Assembly: GCA_951406725.2 (NCBI GenBank)
Contig: OX597830.1
Location: 54,870,001-54,934,000 of the forward strand
From: Octopus vulgaris
Taxonomy: Eukaryota
DNA: 64,000 nucleotides
Direction: 5' to 3'
Position numbers and translations under genes: made by a program. Positions 1-12,550 of this stretch are shown in pieces. Position 1 is the first letter of the stretch. The number at the start of each line of letters is the position of its first letter. The notes under the pieces were generated by a model. The model was given only the letters and a program-made list of their open reading frames with translations, was not told the DNA's origin and did no database searches.

Positions 1-1
1 A

Positions 2-730
2 TTAACCCTTTTCATACAAACCTCCTGAGACTGATTCTGCTTCTATGATCTATGGTACAAATTTCCTGCTTCAAATGATCTAAATTAAGACCTTCCATCA
101 ATATTTCCTCTTAAAATACAAGGTGGAGATCAGGCAGAATTGTTAGCATGCAAAAAGGCTTAGCAGTATTTCAGCTATCTTCATGATCTGAACTCAAATT
201 CTGCCGACTTTGCTTTTTATCCTTTCAAGGGTTGATAATTTAAGTACCAGTTGAACACTGGAGTTGATGTAATTAACTAGCTCGCTTCTCCAAAATTGCT
301 GGCCGTGTGTCAAAATCTGAAACCACTATTTCATTTTAATTTATGTTCCAAAAGCTAATTTTTTTTATTTTCAAAATTGATACAAACAAAAGTTGGAGTA
401 TTCCAACAGAAAAATGGTAACAAAAGACTTAATAATAACTAAGTTATTTTTACTAAATTCTTCCTGAATTTCATAATTAAGTGAAACAAAGACAGTTGTA
501 TTTCAACAGAGATATGGTAACAAAAGGATCGATAATAACTAAGTTATTTTACTAAATTCTTCCTAAATTTCATGATTAATTGCAACAAAGGCAGTTGCAT
601 TTCAACAGAGATTTAGTAACAAAAGGGTCAATAATGACTAAGTTATTTTATTAAATTCTTCCAAAATTTCATAATTGATTGGAACAAAGACAATGTATAT
701 CAAGAGGAATATACTAACAAAAGGGTCAAC
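2..730. mobile_element. piggyBac-like MITE (TTAA-CCCT start), interrupted by a SINE and with its 3' half tandemly amplified
   Basis: Begins TTAACCCTTTT at 2. The body resembles the intact copy at 45882-46103. SINE inserted at ~121-325. A ~100-bp unit (aacaaag..tttcaacaga..gtaacaaaaggg..ataactaagttatttt) repeats ~3.5x at 375-730. Confidence 0.6.
121..325 (+). mobile_element. SINE family B copy (tRNA-like head, central gcctttcatcctttcggggtcgataa-type domain)
   Basis: Similar to ~10 other copies in the window (e.g. 60046-60272). Confidence 0.75.
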
Positions 731-908
731 CATCTTGCAGTCTGAGAAGTTCTATAAAAGAGAAAGACAAGACAAAGTAGCAGACTTGAAGAACTGTTAC
801 CAGAATTTTACTGGGGTAGTATACATGGTATATCTGTGGTGGTGGTGGTGGTGGTGGTGGTGGTAGTGATGGTGGGTGTCAGCAAGGGAAGCTTTATGGT
901 GGGGTACT

Positions 909-1330
909 TTAACCCTTTTTATACCAACCTGTCTGATACTGCTCTTGGTTCCACGATATGAACTTCCTGTTTAAAACGATCTCTTTCTTTACTAGTTTCA
1001 GCTCAAGAGCTGTGGCCATGCTGGAGCACCGCCATTTATGTTTCTGTCTACCAAATCTGCTCACAAGACTTTGGTTGGCCCGAGCTTACAGTAGAAGACA
1101 CTTGCCCGAGGTGCCATGCAGTGAAATTGATACTGGAATCATATAGTCGGGAAGCAAGCTTTTTACCACACAGCCACAGCTGCACCTCTATTCTTACCAC
1201 ACAATCACACCTAAGCTTTCATCGAAATTTCATTTTATGTTCCAAATGCTGAATTTTTTGTTATTTTCAAAATCAGTTGAAACAAAGACAGTGTATTTCA
1301 ACAGAAATACAGTAAGAAAAGGCTTAAATT
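909..1330. mobile_element. Second piggyBac-like MITE copy, split by a reverse SINE family A fragment (~983-1190)
   Basis: TTAACCCTTTT..ATACCAAC start and AAAAGGCTTAA end. Same body as the copies at 2 and 45882. Confidence 0.6.
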
Positions 1331-1494
1331 AACCCCAATATATGTCAGGGAGCTACAAGATATATGTTTGGTAAAAACTTATATGGTTGCATCATCAGCA
1401 ACAAGCCTGAATCTCTACCCCAGGACTAGAATCTGTCAAAAGGTATACATCATTGATTCCCAATGTGTGGCATACATCACACTGATGGAGCCTG

Positions 1495-1715
1495 GGAAAT
1501 GCTTAGTGAAATATCAAAATGCTTAGTGGTATTTCGTCTACCGCTACATTCTGAGTTCAAATTCCGCCGAGGTCAACTTTGCCTTTCATCCTTTTGAGGT
1601 CGATTAAATAAGTATCAGTTATGCACTGGGGTTGATATAATTGACTTAATCCGTTTGTCTGTCCTTGTTCGTCCTCTCTGTGTTTAGTCCGTTGTGGGTA
1701 GTAAAGAAATAGGTA
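1495..1715 (+). mobile_element. SINE family B copy
   Basis: aaatgcttagtggtatttcgtc..gagttcaaattccgccgaggtcaactttgcctttcatcc..gtagtaaagaaatagg. Confidence 0.8.
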
Positions 1716-2219
1716 TTCTGAGGTAGCGTTTACAGATGAATGCCTTTTCTTTTGCCAGTCCCCTTAGCTGTCTTTTACAACATCCAGGGAGAAGGTGTAC
1801 CTCATTTTAGAACCAGGAGAGACTGGTAAAATAAGATGTGCTTCTTTTAGAACTCAGATACACACAGAAAGCTGCATCATGCAAAAAAATGAAGGGCAAA
1901 ATTAACCTTGGCTAGATTTGAGCTCAGGATATACAGATTTGGAATAAATACAGCAGAGCATTTTGTCCAATGCTGAATTTTGCCAATCGATTCTTGTTAT
2001 ATTTCAATATTGAATATAATTTAAACAGTTTTGCTAAAAATACCACTTATATTGATTTCCAATATAGGCACAAACGCAATGCCATATATTTGGTGGAGGT
2101 GATGATGATGGTGTGCTTTTGTAGAGGAATAAAGGACAGGAGTAAAACTACCACAAAACAGTTTGGTCTGAAGCTCTGCCAAATTCTTTCAATCTATCAC
2201 TTTCCTTCACACTTTATTT

Positions 2220-2665
2220 TGGTTTCGAATTTTAGCACAAGGCCAGCAATTTCAGGGAGGGGGTAAGTTGATTACCTCAACATCGATTTCATCTCGATTG
2301 AAGGAGAGGGGCTCTCCGTCCGGGTTGTGGATCTGTGGAATAAGCTGCCGGATGAGATTGTGAAGATGCCGATGAGCGCTTGGTTCAAAGTCTCTCTTGA
2401 CCAGAAATGGCCTGAACTCTTTGTATGATCACCCTCCCTGTGCATAACTCCCTGTCCCCCTACATGGCCTTGCTTTTGCTTTTTGAGCCAATAAAAATTG
2501 AATTGAATTGAACCCCAGTGCTCAACAAGTACTTATTTTATTGACCCTGAGAGGATGAAAGATAAAGTTAACCCCTGCAGAATTTGAACTCAGAATGTAA
2601 AGACTGATGAAATGCTGCTAAGCATTTTCCCCCAGTGTGCTAACGATTCTGCCGGTTCACCACCT
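2220..2665 (-). mobile_element. SINE family B copy, interrupted by a CR1/L2 LINE 3' end
   Basis: Reverse-complement family B sequence on both sides of 2281-2511. Confidence 0.7.
2281..2511 (+). mobile_element. 5'-truncated CR1/L2-type LINE 3' end
   Basis: Translates ..LSVRVVDLWNKLPDEIVKM..WFKVSLDQKW (the RVVxxWNxLP ORF2 C-terminal motif), followed by a short UTR and an (AATTG)n tail. Confidence 0.75.
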
Positions 2666-3207
2666 TCCTTCACACATTAATATTGCCACAATGATGGATG
2701 TGAGACACAGGAGTTGTTGTTAGGCACAAACATGGCTGTGTGGTTAAGAAGCTTGGTTCCCTACTATGTGGTTGCAGGTTCAGTCCCACAGTATGACGCA
2801 TAGGGCAAGTGTCTTCTACTACATCTCTAGATCAGCGAAAACCTTGTGAATGGATTTGGTCAAGAGAAACTGAAGTAAGCCTGTGCTTGCATGCATGTGC
2901 ATGCATGCATGCCCGTGTGTGTGTGTTCATGTGCATGCATGCATTTGTGTTTTTGTATGTACTTTTGCCTCGACATCATGTGATGGTTTTAAATGAGCAC
3001 CATGGCAATAAAACGATGCTGTTTGTTTCCAGTCTTCTATAAAAATATATGTCTGATATGGAGAAATGTTACTTTACTTGGAAATAGATGAAGACCAGTG
3101 ACAGATCTTATAATGCTGTAAGCAAAAGCATACAACAGTAGAAAATCCATATGCACAAATTCCATCTGAAAAAGTGGACATTATGTGAAGATGATGATTA
3201 ACATCAC

Positions 3208-3412
3208 GTGGCCGTTTGCCAGCCTCCTCTGGCCCCTGTGCCGGTGGCACATAAAAAGCACCCACTACACTCACGGAGTGGTTGGTGTTAGGAAGGGCAT
3301 CTAGCTGTAGAAACACTGCCAGATCAGACTGGAGCCTGGTGCAGCCTCCTGGCTTCCCAGACACCGATCGAACCGTCCAACCCATGCTAGCATGGAAAAC
3401 GGACGTTAAACA

Positions 3413-3440
<28 letters not shown>
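3208..3440 (+). mobile_element. RTE-LINE 3' end (family C) with (GAT)n tail
   Basis: ggcccctgtgccggtggcac..gttaggaagggcatc..ccaacccatgctagcatggaaaacggacgttaaa(gat)n. The same UTR follows RTE coding sequence at 7261 and 36530. Confidence 0.75.
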
Positions 3441-3443
<3 letters not shown>

Positions 3444-3750
3444 ATTACAAAAAAAAATCCTACTTCCATTGACATAATATTAACACAGTATTGCAAACAT
3501 TCTACTAATATCTTTCGCATCACCAACAACAAGCAATGACAGAGAAATTATTGTATCTTTTAACTCAAAAAAGATGCATTAAGCTTCACTGAAAGTATAT
3601 TATGTAAAATGAAGCCACCTAGATTAGGAGTGAATCTTGGTTTGAACAATTGGGCAAGTGTCTTCTGCTATAGCCCTAGGCTAACCAAAGCCTGTGAGTG
3701 GATTTGGTAACAAGAAACAGCAAAAACTGTGGTATATATATCTATATATA

Positions 3751-4020
3751 TCATCATCATCATCATCATCATCATTTAACGTCCGCTTTCCATGCTAGCA
3801 TGGGTTGGACGATTTTGACTGAGAGCTGACGAACCAGATGGCTGCACCAGGCTCCAATCTTGATCTGGCAGAGTTTCTACAGCTGGATGCCCTTCCTAAC
3901 GCCAACCACTCCGTGAGTGTAGTGGGTGCTTTTTACGTGCCACCAGCATAGGGGCCAGAGGAGTCTGGTAACGACCATGACCGGTTGGTGCTTTTTATGT
4001 GTCACCAACATGGAAGCCAG
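3751..4020 (-). mobile_element. RTE-LINE 3' end (family C), inverted relative to 3208-3440
   Basis: (cat)n tttaacgtccgctttccatgctagcatgggttggacg..gatgcccttcctaacgccaaccactccgtgag. Confidence 0.75.
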
Positions 4021-4164
4021 TCCTTCTTAACGGCAACCTCTTTACAAAATGTACTGAGTGCTTTACACATAGTGCCATCGTGAGCGCTGGCATGAGTGCT
4101 TTTGTATGCAGTACATGCACAGGTGCTCTTAATATGGCATTGGCATGGGTTCTCTCAAAGGCGG

Positions 4165-4384
4165 CAGAAACATTGGCACACCAGGCGAAATGCTTAGTGG
4201 TATTTCATCTGCCACTACGTTCTGAGTTCAAATTCTGCCGAGGTCGACTTTGCTTTTCACCCTTTCAGGGACGATTAAATAAGTACCAGTTATGCATTGG
4301 GGTCGATATAATCGACTTAATCCATTTGTCTGTCCTTGTTTGTCCCTTCTGTGTTTAGCCCCTTGTGGGTAGTAAAGAAATAGG
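4165..4384 (+). mobile_element. SINE family B copy
   Basis: ggcagaaacattggcacaccaggcgaaatgcttag..gtagtaaagaaatagg. Confidence 0.8.
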
Positions 4385-6279
4385 CATGGATGCTCTTTAT
4401 GTGGCACTAGTACTGGTGCTGCCTAATGTGGCACTGATGTTGGTGCCCCCTAATGTGACACAGGCATGGGTGATTTTTATATAGCACTGGCATGCGTGCA
4501 TTTTATATGGTGCCCGGTATGAGGGGTTTTTCCACATGACACCAGCACATGTACTTTTCATGTATACCAAGGTATACTTCTCCCAAATCTTTTGGCAACA
4601 CAAATGGACTTGTAGGATATCTGGCACCAAATGAACGACTGTTTCAACTCTGCATTGACTGCTGATCAGATCAGATGAGTAACCTAGAATTTTTTGCTGT
4701 GTAATCTGTCCAGACAAAAATACACTGAAGTGTTTCTATATTGATGTACCGAAATATATTCGATTCCATCTATTTTACACACACACACATGTGTTGTGTA
4801 TGTGTGCATGTGTGAGTGTATATGGGTATGTGTGCGCATGAATTTATATTTAAGCCACAGCTAATGCCTTGTAAGTCTTTCCCAATTCCCTCTACAATAA
4901 ATAAAAAGAAATTTATAACAAGAATGAATACCAATGCTTATTAGTGCTGTTGTTGTTGTTGTGGTTGTTGTTGTTGTTGTTGTTACATTTATTTATTTAT
5001 TTATTTAGAATTTTTTTTATTCCATTCTGTGTCTTTGTTGCAGTATTTTTATCATATAATTTTGGTTGTATTTTTATTACTTTTATTACTAATTTTTCAT
5101 TTTGTTTATACTTATTTATATATTTTGTTTTCTAGAAACAAAAAAGACACTTATAATTCTTCCATTACTTCACTAAAATTTCTCTCTAATGCAGTATCAG
5201 CTAACTAATATATTATATGAATGTATGTACGCATGCATGTATGTATGAATCTATGTATGCATGTATAAACATATATATAGATATGTATACACATATATAT
5301 CTATATATACTTATATATACACACATACACACACACATACACACAAACAGACTGATGAACAATTATGTGAAACTCTGAGCAACAGCTTCTGAGGGTTTCC
5401 TTTGGCTTGATAAAATAGTACACACATATATAAATACACACAGACACACACAACGTCATCATCATCATCATCATCTTTTAAGGTCCGTTTTCCATGCTGG
5501 CATAGGTTGGATGGTTTGACCAGAGCTGCACCAGGTTCCAGTCTGATTTGGCTTGACCTCTATGGCAGGTTGCCCTTCGCAATCCTAACCCTTTTACATT
5601 GTATGCTGGGTCCTTTTAACGTGGCACCAGCCTGAACACTGCTATGTGATGCTGGCACAAGTGTTTTTTCTACATGGGACTGGCACAGAGCTCTAGCAGG
5701 CCAATCCTCTTCATGAAATATATACTTTACGTAGTACAAATACTATCCGATGTTTATATTTATTCATCATTTTCATTTAACAACCATTCTATTAGTTTTG
5801 CATGGATGAGTCAAAACTCAGTGTGGGACAGTTTATCCAACTGGATGCTTTTCCTGTCACCAACCCTATGCAGGATATCTTTTTCAAGTAGCTCTGCTAA
5901 CAAATGGAATTTTTGTAGAAGTGACTTTATTTACACTCAGTATACACACCCACTCATGTCTGTGTGTGTGCATGTGAGTGTGCATGCATGTGTGTGTGTA
6001 TGTGAGTGTGTACGCATGTGCATGTGTATGTGTGTGTGTATGTGAGTGTGTACATGTGTGCTTGTGTATGTGTGTGTATATGTGTGTGTGTCTGCATCAT
6101 CTTCATCACCACCACCACCACCACCACCACCATCTCCACCTCCTTCATTCTTATCTCCTCCATTACTACCAACATACGCACACACACATACACACACACA
6201 CACATATATATATACGGTTTTGTTATGTATGTATATATATTTTTATTTTCACCCTTTCTTTGTGTTTTTGTATTTTGAA

Positions 6280-6349
<70 letters not shown>

Positions 6350-6848
6350 AGACATGGAGAGGTAGACAGATAAATAATCAAAAATGGAGATGCAATAAAT
6401 ATCTCCTGCCAATATATGTAGTTTTATTTTTCATACCATCAGCCATTGCTGTCTTTTATGTACAAATTGTTCAGACAAACACTCAACCACTGTACTATCC
6501 ACCGTGTACAAATATGGAACTAAATTTTCTCTACTCTCTTCTAATTTGTCTTTCTTCTCAGGTAAATTTTTTTCCCCCTTTATTATTATTTTTCAACCAA
6601 AAAGACAAAAAAAAAAAAATGAACCGAGAGACTATCTGAAGTTTTAATGAGTTTTCAGTTTTTCCCATGAGGCACCAGTGTGTTCACCATGTAGGATGAC
6701 ATATTTGCTATTTGCTAAATAAAAAAAAAAAGACCCACCACTGTTGCATAAGTCTTGCAGTTGTTGTTTAGATCAGGTCAGATCTGATCAAGGTGACTTA
6801 TGATGAAAAGACATGTTTTCCTGTTTTCTCTTTTTTACTATATTAGCC

Positions 6849-7008
6849 ACAGGTGTGACTGGGTGGTAAGAAACCTGCTTTCCAACCACATCGTTCCAGG
6901 TTCAGCCCCACTGCATGACACCTTGGGCAAGTGTTTTCTACTATTGGTGCAGGTCAACCAAAGCCTTGTGAATGCATTTGGTAGACGGAAACTGAAAGAA
7001 GTCCACTG

Positions 7009-7010
<2 letters not shown>
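6849..7010 (+). mobile_element. SINE family A, 5' part (tRNA-like head + accttgggcaagt CORE-like segment)
   Basis: Matches the full copies at 18639, 38676 and 51947. Confidence 0.75.
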
Positions 7011-7057
<47 letters not shown>

Positions 7058-7074
7058 GTAATATAATGTGACAA

Positions 7075-7254
7075 TTACTTGGTTGCATAATAAGACTCCG
7101 AGTTTCAGATGTCGGGATGGAAACCTGCTCCTGCATCTCGTCAGTTATTGAGGCAATCAAAACGTGCAAAATTGTCTCAATAACTGACAAGATACTAGAG
7201 CAGGTTTCCGCCCCGGCATCCAAAACTCGGAGTCTTATTATGGCAACCGAATAA
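7075..7254. repeat. ~180-bp imperfect palindrome (fold-back element)
   Basis: Arms of ~83 bp (7075-7157 and 7171-7254) are reverse complements with mostly transition mismatches; 13-nt loop. Confidence 0.9.
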
Positions 7255-7260
7255 TGACCT

Positions 7261-7712
7261 CAGAGCATTGGGCCTCACTGAGGCAATGGCGAAGGACCGA
7301 GATCTCTGGAGATATGCTGTGACTGCAAAGACCCGGGCTGCTTTCTGCAGCAATTCCACATACCCCCTACCCATTCAAAGTACCCCGGATCCCCAAAGTA
7401 CCCCGGATCCCCAAAGTACCCCGGATCCCCAAAGTACCCCGGACCCAGATGCCCCCGTGCCGCTGGCACGTTAAAAGCTCGAACCGATCGTGACCGATGC
7501 CGGACCCCCCGGCCCCTGTGCAGGTGGCACGTAAAAGCACCCAATCCACTCACGGAGTGGTTGGCGTTAGGAAGGGCATCCAGCCGTAGAAACTCTGCCA
7601 AATCAGACTGGAGCCTGGAGCGGCCCCTGTCTTCCCAGACCCCAGTCGAACCGTCCAACCCGTGCTAGCGTGGAAAACGGACGTTAAACGATGATGATGA
7701 TGATGATGATGA
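7261..7712 (+). mobile_element. 5'-truncated RTE LINE: last codons plus 3' UTR with an internal 18-bp tandem repeat
   Basis: LGLTEAMAKDRDLWRYAV is the typical RTE C-terminal AxDRxxWR motif. (aaagtaccccggatcccc)x~4 at 7377-7448; (GAT)n tail. Confidence 0.8.
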
Positions 7713-7787
7713 TTATTTTACAGATAAATTCCCCTATTTACATAATATCGAGGTCTCTTTCATTCTTTTGTTGTCTTACCATTACTA

Positions 7788-7823
<36 letters not shown>

Positions 7824-7825
7824 TG

Positions 7826-8138
7826 TGGAGGCGCAATGGCCCAGGGGTTAGGGCAGCAAACTTGTGGTTGTAGGATCGCGATTTTGATTCCCAGACCGGG
7901 CATTGTGAGTGTTTATTGAGTGAAAACACCTAAAAGCTCCACAAGGCTCTGGCAGGGGGTGGTAGCAGACCCTGCTGTACTCTTCCACCACAAATTTCTC
8001 TCACTCTTTCTTCTGTTGACCTACTTACTTAGCCAGCGGGGTGGCGTCATTAGAAGGCTAAAACGATGTGAAGCGCATTGTGACCAGCGATGTGTAGCAA
8101 CATCTGATAGCCTGGTCAGTCACGGTAATCATGGTAAT
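7826..8138 (+). mobile_element. tRNA-derived SINE family D copy
   Basis: tggaggcgcaatggcccaggggttagg (A-box-like) and ttgattccc (B-box-like). Head shared with 20473-20790. Confidence 0.7.
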
Positions 8139-8168
8139 ATATAGACATATATATATGTATGTATGTAT

Positions 8169-8243
<75 letters not shown>

Positions 8244-8809
8244 ATGTGTGTATGTGTGTGAGTGTGTGTGTTTTTCTCCTCTGCTGTTTGATAACTGGTG
8301 TTGGTTTTTTATGTTCTCATGACTTGGTGGTTCAACAAACTATGAAAATAAAAAATAGTATTGGGGTCAATTCTTTAGACTAAAAATTCTTCCAGGCAGT
8401 GCTCCAGAATGGCTGCAGTTTAATGACTGAAACAAATAAAAGAAAAGAGATAAAAGACTAGTATGTCTAGAACTGCTTCTTCCAGTGCAATCCCACGGTC
8501 ATTCATGACCGAAGGGGGTCTTTACCTTTTTACCTTTAAATTATCCAATGTGACCTTTCTAATTTTCATGATGGTAGAGAGTGTTTTAAGGAAGATTTGG
8601 CTACTCTTTGCAATGTGCTCAGTAACCACTGTGTGTGTGTGTGTATGTATTATGTGTGTGTGTGATTGTCCCCCTCTCCCCATCACTTGACCACCAATGC
8701 TGGTGTGTTTATGTCCCTGTAACTTAACAGTTTGGCAAAAGGGACTGATAGAAAAAGCACTAGGCTTACAAAGAAAACATCATGGGGGTCAATTTCTTCA
8801 ACTAAATGG

Positions 8810-9597
8810 CTCTTGTTGAATTTTCCCGATCATTTCGGTTGAACCAAGTATTTAAATGGAGAAATATGTCAATGATAGACATCTTTCTAGTTGACCATAT
8901 CGTATTGCTAGATAGTTAACACTGTGCAAATCAATGCAGAAGGAGTGGGCTGGACAGATGGCCAAGGTGGGTAAGCTGGTATGGACTAATGATTTTGTCC
9001 ATACTCCCTCTGTGAGAGGCAAAGCAGGGCCCCTTTGGTAAAATTACCTTTCTTTTTGGTTATAAAGCTTTTCAGTTCTCTTAATCTGTTCTGTTTGGTC
9101 TAAATATATCATATATGAAGCCTACATTAAATTTTTCAATTTTGATTAGGAAATGAAACTTGGGGTGAGAAAGGAAGCCCTTAAAACTTCAGAAAGATTG
9201 GTGACTGGCAAAAACAGTCAGCATCAATGAAACTACTCTAAGCATTTGTCTGTAGACTGGTGAACAACAGATGGGTAAAACATTGCTCTCTTGGTTGTCA
9301 GAGTGATTTCACATACTAAGGTTCCTTCATTAGCCCTAAGTAGAGGCCCTCCTGTTTCAGAAGGTCTGTATCATCTGTGCATTTATATATATTTTGTATA
9401 TTTGGCATATTTTTCATCTTGTTTTTCTCCCATATTTTTTTTACACAACCAATTATAATAAATACCACTCTCTCTCTCTCTCATACACAAAAATAGTAAC
9501 CTGTCATTGTAACATCCCTTTTGTCTGACACCTCTGTGGCAAATAAAAGAAATCATTATTATTATTATTATTATCATTATTATTATTACTATTATTA
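8810..9597 (+). mobile_element. Possible old L1/Tx1-like LINE 3' end
   Basis: Complex-sequence block with decayed coding appearance, ending in aaataaaagaaat(att)n. Family assignment is weak. Confidence 0.35.
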
Positions 9598-9805
9598 TAA
9601 CAATTAATTATTTTGTGATTGATGCATTCAGCTTTAGTGCAAAAAGAAAAACAATTACTTTTATTATTTTACACACAACACACATGCACACGCAGACACA
9701 CACACACATGTGCACGCATGCCCACACTCAGGTGCACACATGCGCACACATGTGCACACATACACACAAGCATGTACAAGAAGGGTATGTGCGTATATGC
9801 ATACA

Positions 9806-9852
<47 letters not shown>

Positions 9853-10274
9853 ACATACACACATATGCATGTACAAAGGTGTATGTATATATATATATAT
9901 AAGCATATATGTGTTTATCTATGAGTATGTATGTACAGATACACACGCGCACACATGTAAATATAGATTCATACACAAGTCTATTGCCATCTTGAATGAC
10001 CAATAGAAAAAACACAACTTATAGAAAATTATTACTTTTCTTCCTTTTCTATCTCTATTTCTCACCTCCCCAGCTCATTTTCTAGGATAATTGGATGAAA
10101 TTCTCAAAGGTATGCCTATGTGTGTGCATATCTCTCTCTCTCTTTCTCTCTCTATATATATATATATACATATACATATGTATGTGTATACATATACTTA
10201 TATATATGTGTACATTTATATGCATGTATGTATGTATATATATATATGTATATGTATATATGTATGTATGTATG

Positions 10275-10305
<31 letters not shown>

Positions 10306-10482
10306 GTCTATATATATTTATATTTATATATATATATATACGCATATGTGTATGCAGTATGCATGAATACATGCATTATACACGTGCATATATAAATACA
10401 AACCCATGCATATATACCCAAACAGACACATTTATGTTTGTGTGTATGTGTGTTACGTGTATGTGTCTGTTTGTGTGTGTGT

Positions 10483-10519
<37 letters not shown>

Positions 10520-11259
10520 TAAAATAATAACAATTATTCGCATTTTATTATTTTGAAACAAAGCTGAATGCTGTATCACCACAACGTAATTAATTGCACT
10601 AACAAAATGATGATAATGATGATGATGATGATGATGATAACGACAGTGATACTGATGATCATAATGATGATGACAGTGATGATGATGAGGATGCTGGAGG
10701 TGATGATGATGATAATGATGGTGATGGTCATGGTTGTGGTCATGATGATGATGGTGATGATGGTGGTGGTGATGATGATGTACACTTTCCACCCTCCACC
10801 TCACCCTCAGACCCCTTGTGAAAATAAATGTACTTTTAAAAGAATTTTCAAGAAAAATCTAGAGATAAGCCATGCTGGTTCCAATTATTTTTGGTAAATA
10901 TGCAACAATTTGGTTATTTATTTTATTTTCATTATTCAAAGCACTCAATAATTATATAGTTGGTAGTATCTTAAAGATATTCTTAAAAGAATATTCTTTC
11001 AAATTAACCAAAAATTGCCAATAGTATCTTAGAAAGTATAAAAGAAGTTTTATTAATGTAATCTATCTATTTATATACATACATACATACATACATACAT
11101 ACATACATACATACATACATACATACATACATACATGCATGTATACATGCATACATGCATACATACATACATACATACATACATACATACATACATACAT
11201 ACATACATACATACATACATACATACATACATACATACATACATGTTCATAAGCATATA

Positions 11260-11746
11260 TGCCATTATTCAATTTATTTCAGGATTTCTTGCCAATAGAG
11301 AAAGAGTTGGTTTCCAGCCTAAATCCAAGGCTTCTTCGTTGGAATTTCAGCATGAACAGCAGGGTATGTATGTATGTATGTATGTATGTATGTATGTATG
11401 TATGTATGTGTGCAGATTTGTATTTCTTATTTTATGTATGTATTCTCATGCATATAGTTGCATATCTAGACATGCTTATATATATATTTAAATGATAAAA
11501 GTCTGAAAAGTTTTACAGATTTTTACAGTTCCTGTAATTGATTTGATCTGTTGTCTTCAAATTAGCTCCCTCCTTTCCGATTTTGAGAAGCCTAATTTCT
11601 AAAGATTGGTATTTAGGCAGTGTGTTACATATCCCAGGGCTCCAATAATTACAGGTATAAACCTGAACTTGTAATCTGGATAGAGCAACTGCAAATTTCT
11701 CAATAGTCCAGCGTAGGTATTTTCTTTTTCATTGATCTTCAGCCTT
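11260..11746 (-). mobile_element. R4/Dong-like non-LTR retrotransposon 3' end (restriction-like endonuclease C-terminus + UTR)
   Basis: Minus-strand [62 protein letters not shown]. The IPVIIGALG motif is typical of RLE domains. Confidence 0.75.
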
Positions 11747-11897
11747 ATGTATGCATGTATGTATGCATGTATGTATGTATGTATGTATGTATGTATGTAT
11801 GTATGTATGTATGCATATAGACAAACTACATTAATAAAAACTTCCTTTATAATTGGTGATATATATATATATGGTGATATATATATATATGGTGATA

Positions 11898-11972
<75 letters not shown>

Positions 11973-12027
11973 ATATGTATATATATACTTCAATATAGGC
12001 TGGCTGGTTGCTTCTTTGGCTGTCTAG

Positions 12028-12067
<40 letters not shown>

Positions 12068-12183
12068 ACATTAGGGCACTATTTTTCTGTTCACATTAAT
12101 TGCCTAAATTCTCCTAGCCAGTACATTATTACTTCTATGTTTGTGTGTGTCTTCCCCTTCAAATTGTGAGTCTGCAGGAGCAC

Positions 12184-12242
<59 letters not shown>

Positions 12243-12550
12243 CGAGGGTGCATGCATGTGTGTGTGTGTGTGGTACATTGGTATATTAGGATAAGGTAGA
12301 ATAGTATATTGCTATGGTGATATAACTGCCATATTGATATGATGGTATACTGAAATATTTGCAAGGTGTCATAATGTTATCTCCTCGGTTGCAAGCCATG
12401 TGCTATGTTTTGTCCTCATTTCTCTACAAGCCAATCTGTGAAACACAGGAGTCAGCTCACACTAAAACAGTTCAGGTAAAGTAAGGTAAAGTTACCTTCT
12501 CGAGTCATGCCAACCCATAAGGGCCAGTTTCCTAGTTTTCCTGGTGTATA

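Noticed and set aside
2601-2625. CTGATGA..GAAA hammerhead-like word
   Set aside because: CpG-decayed part of SINE family B (gacggacgaaat-like); no stem II.
12119-12172. Possible small exon (STLLLLCLCVSSPSN, GTGAGT donor)
   Set aside because: Phase is incompatible with the 6514 candidate, and there is no other support.
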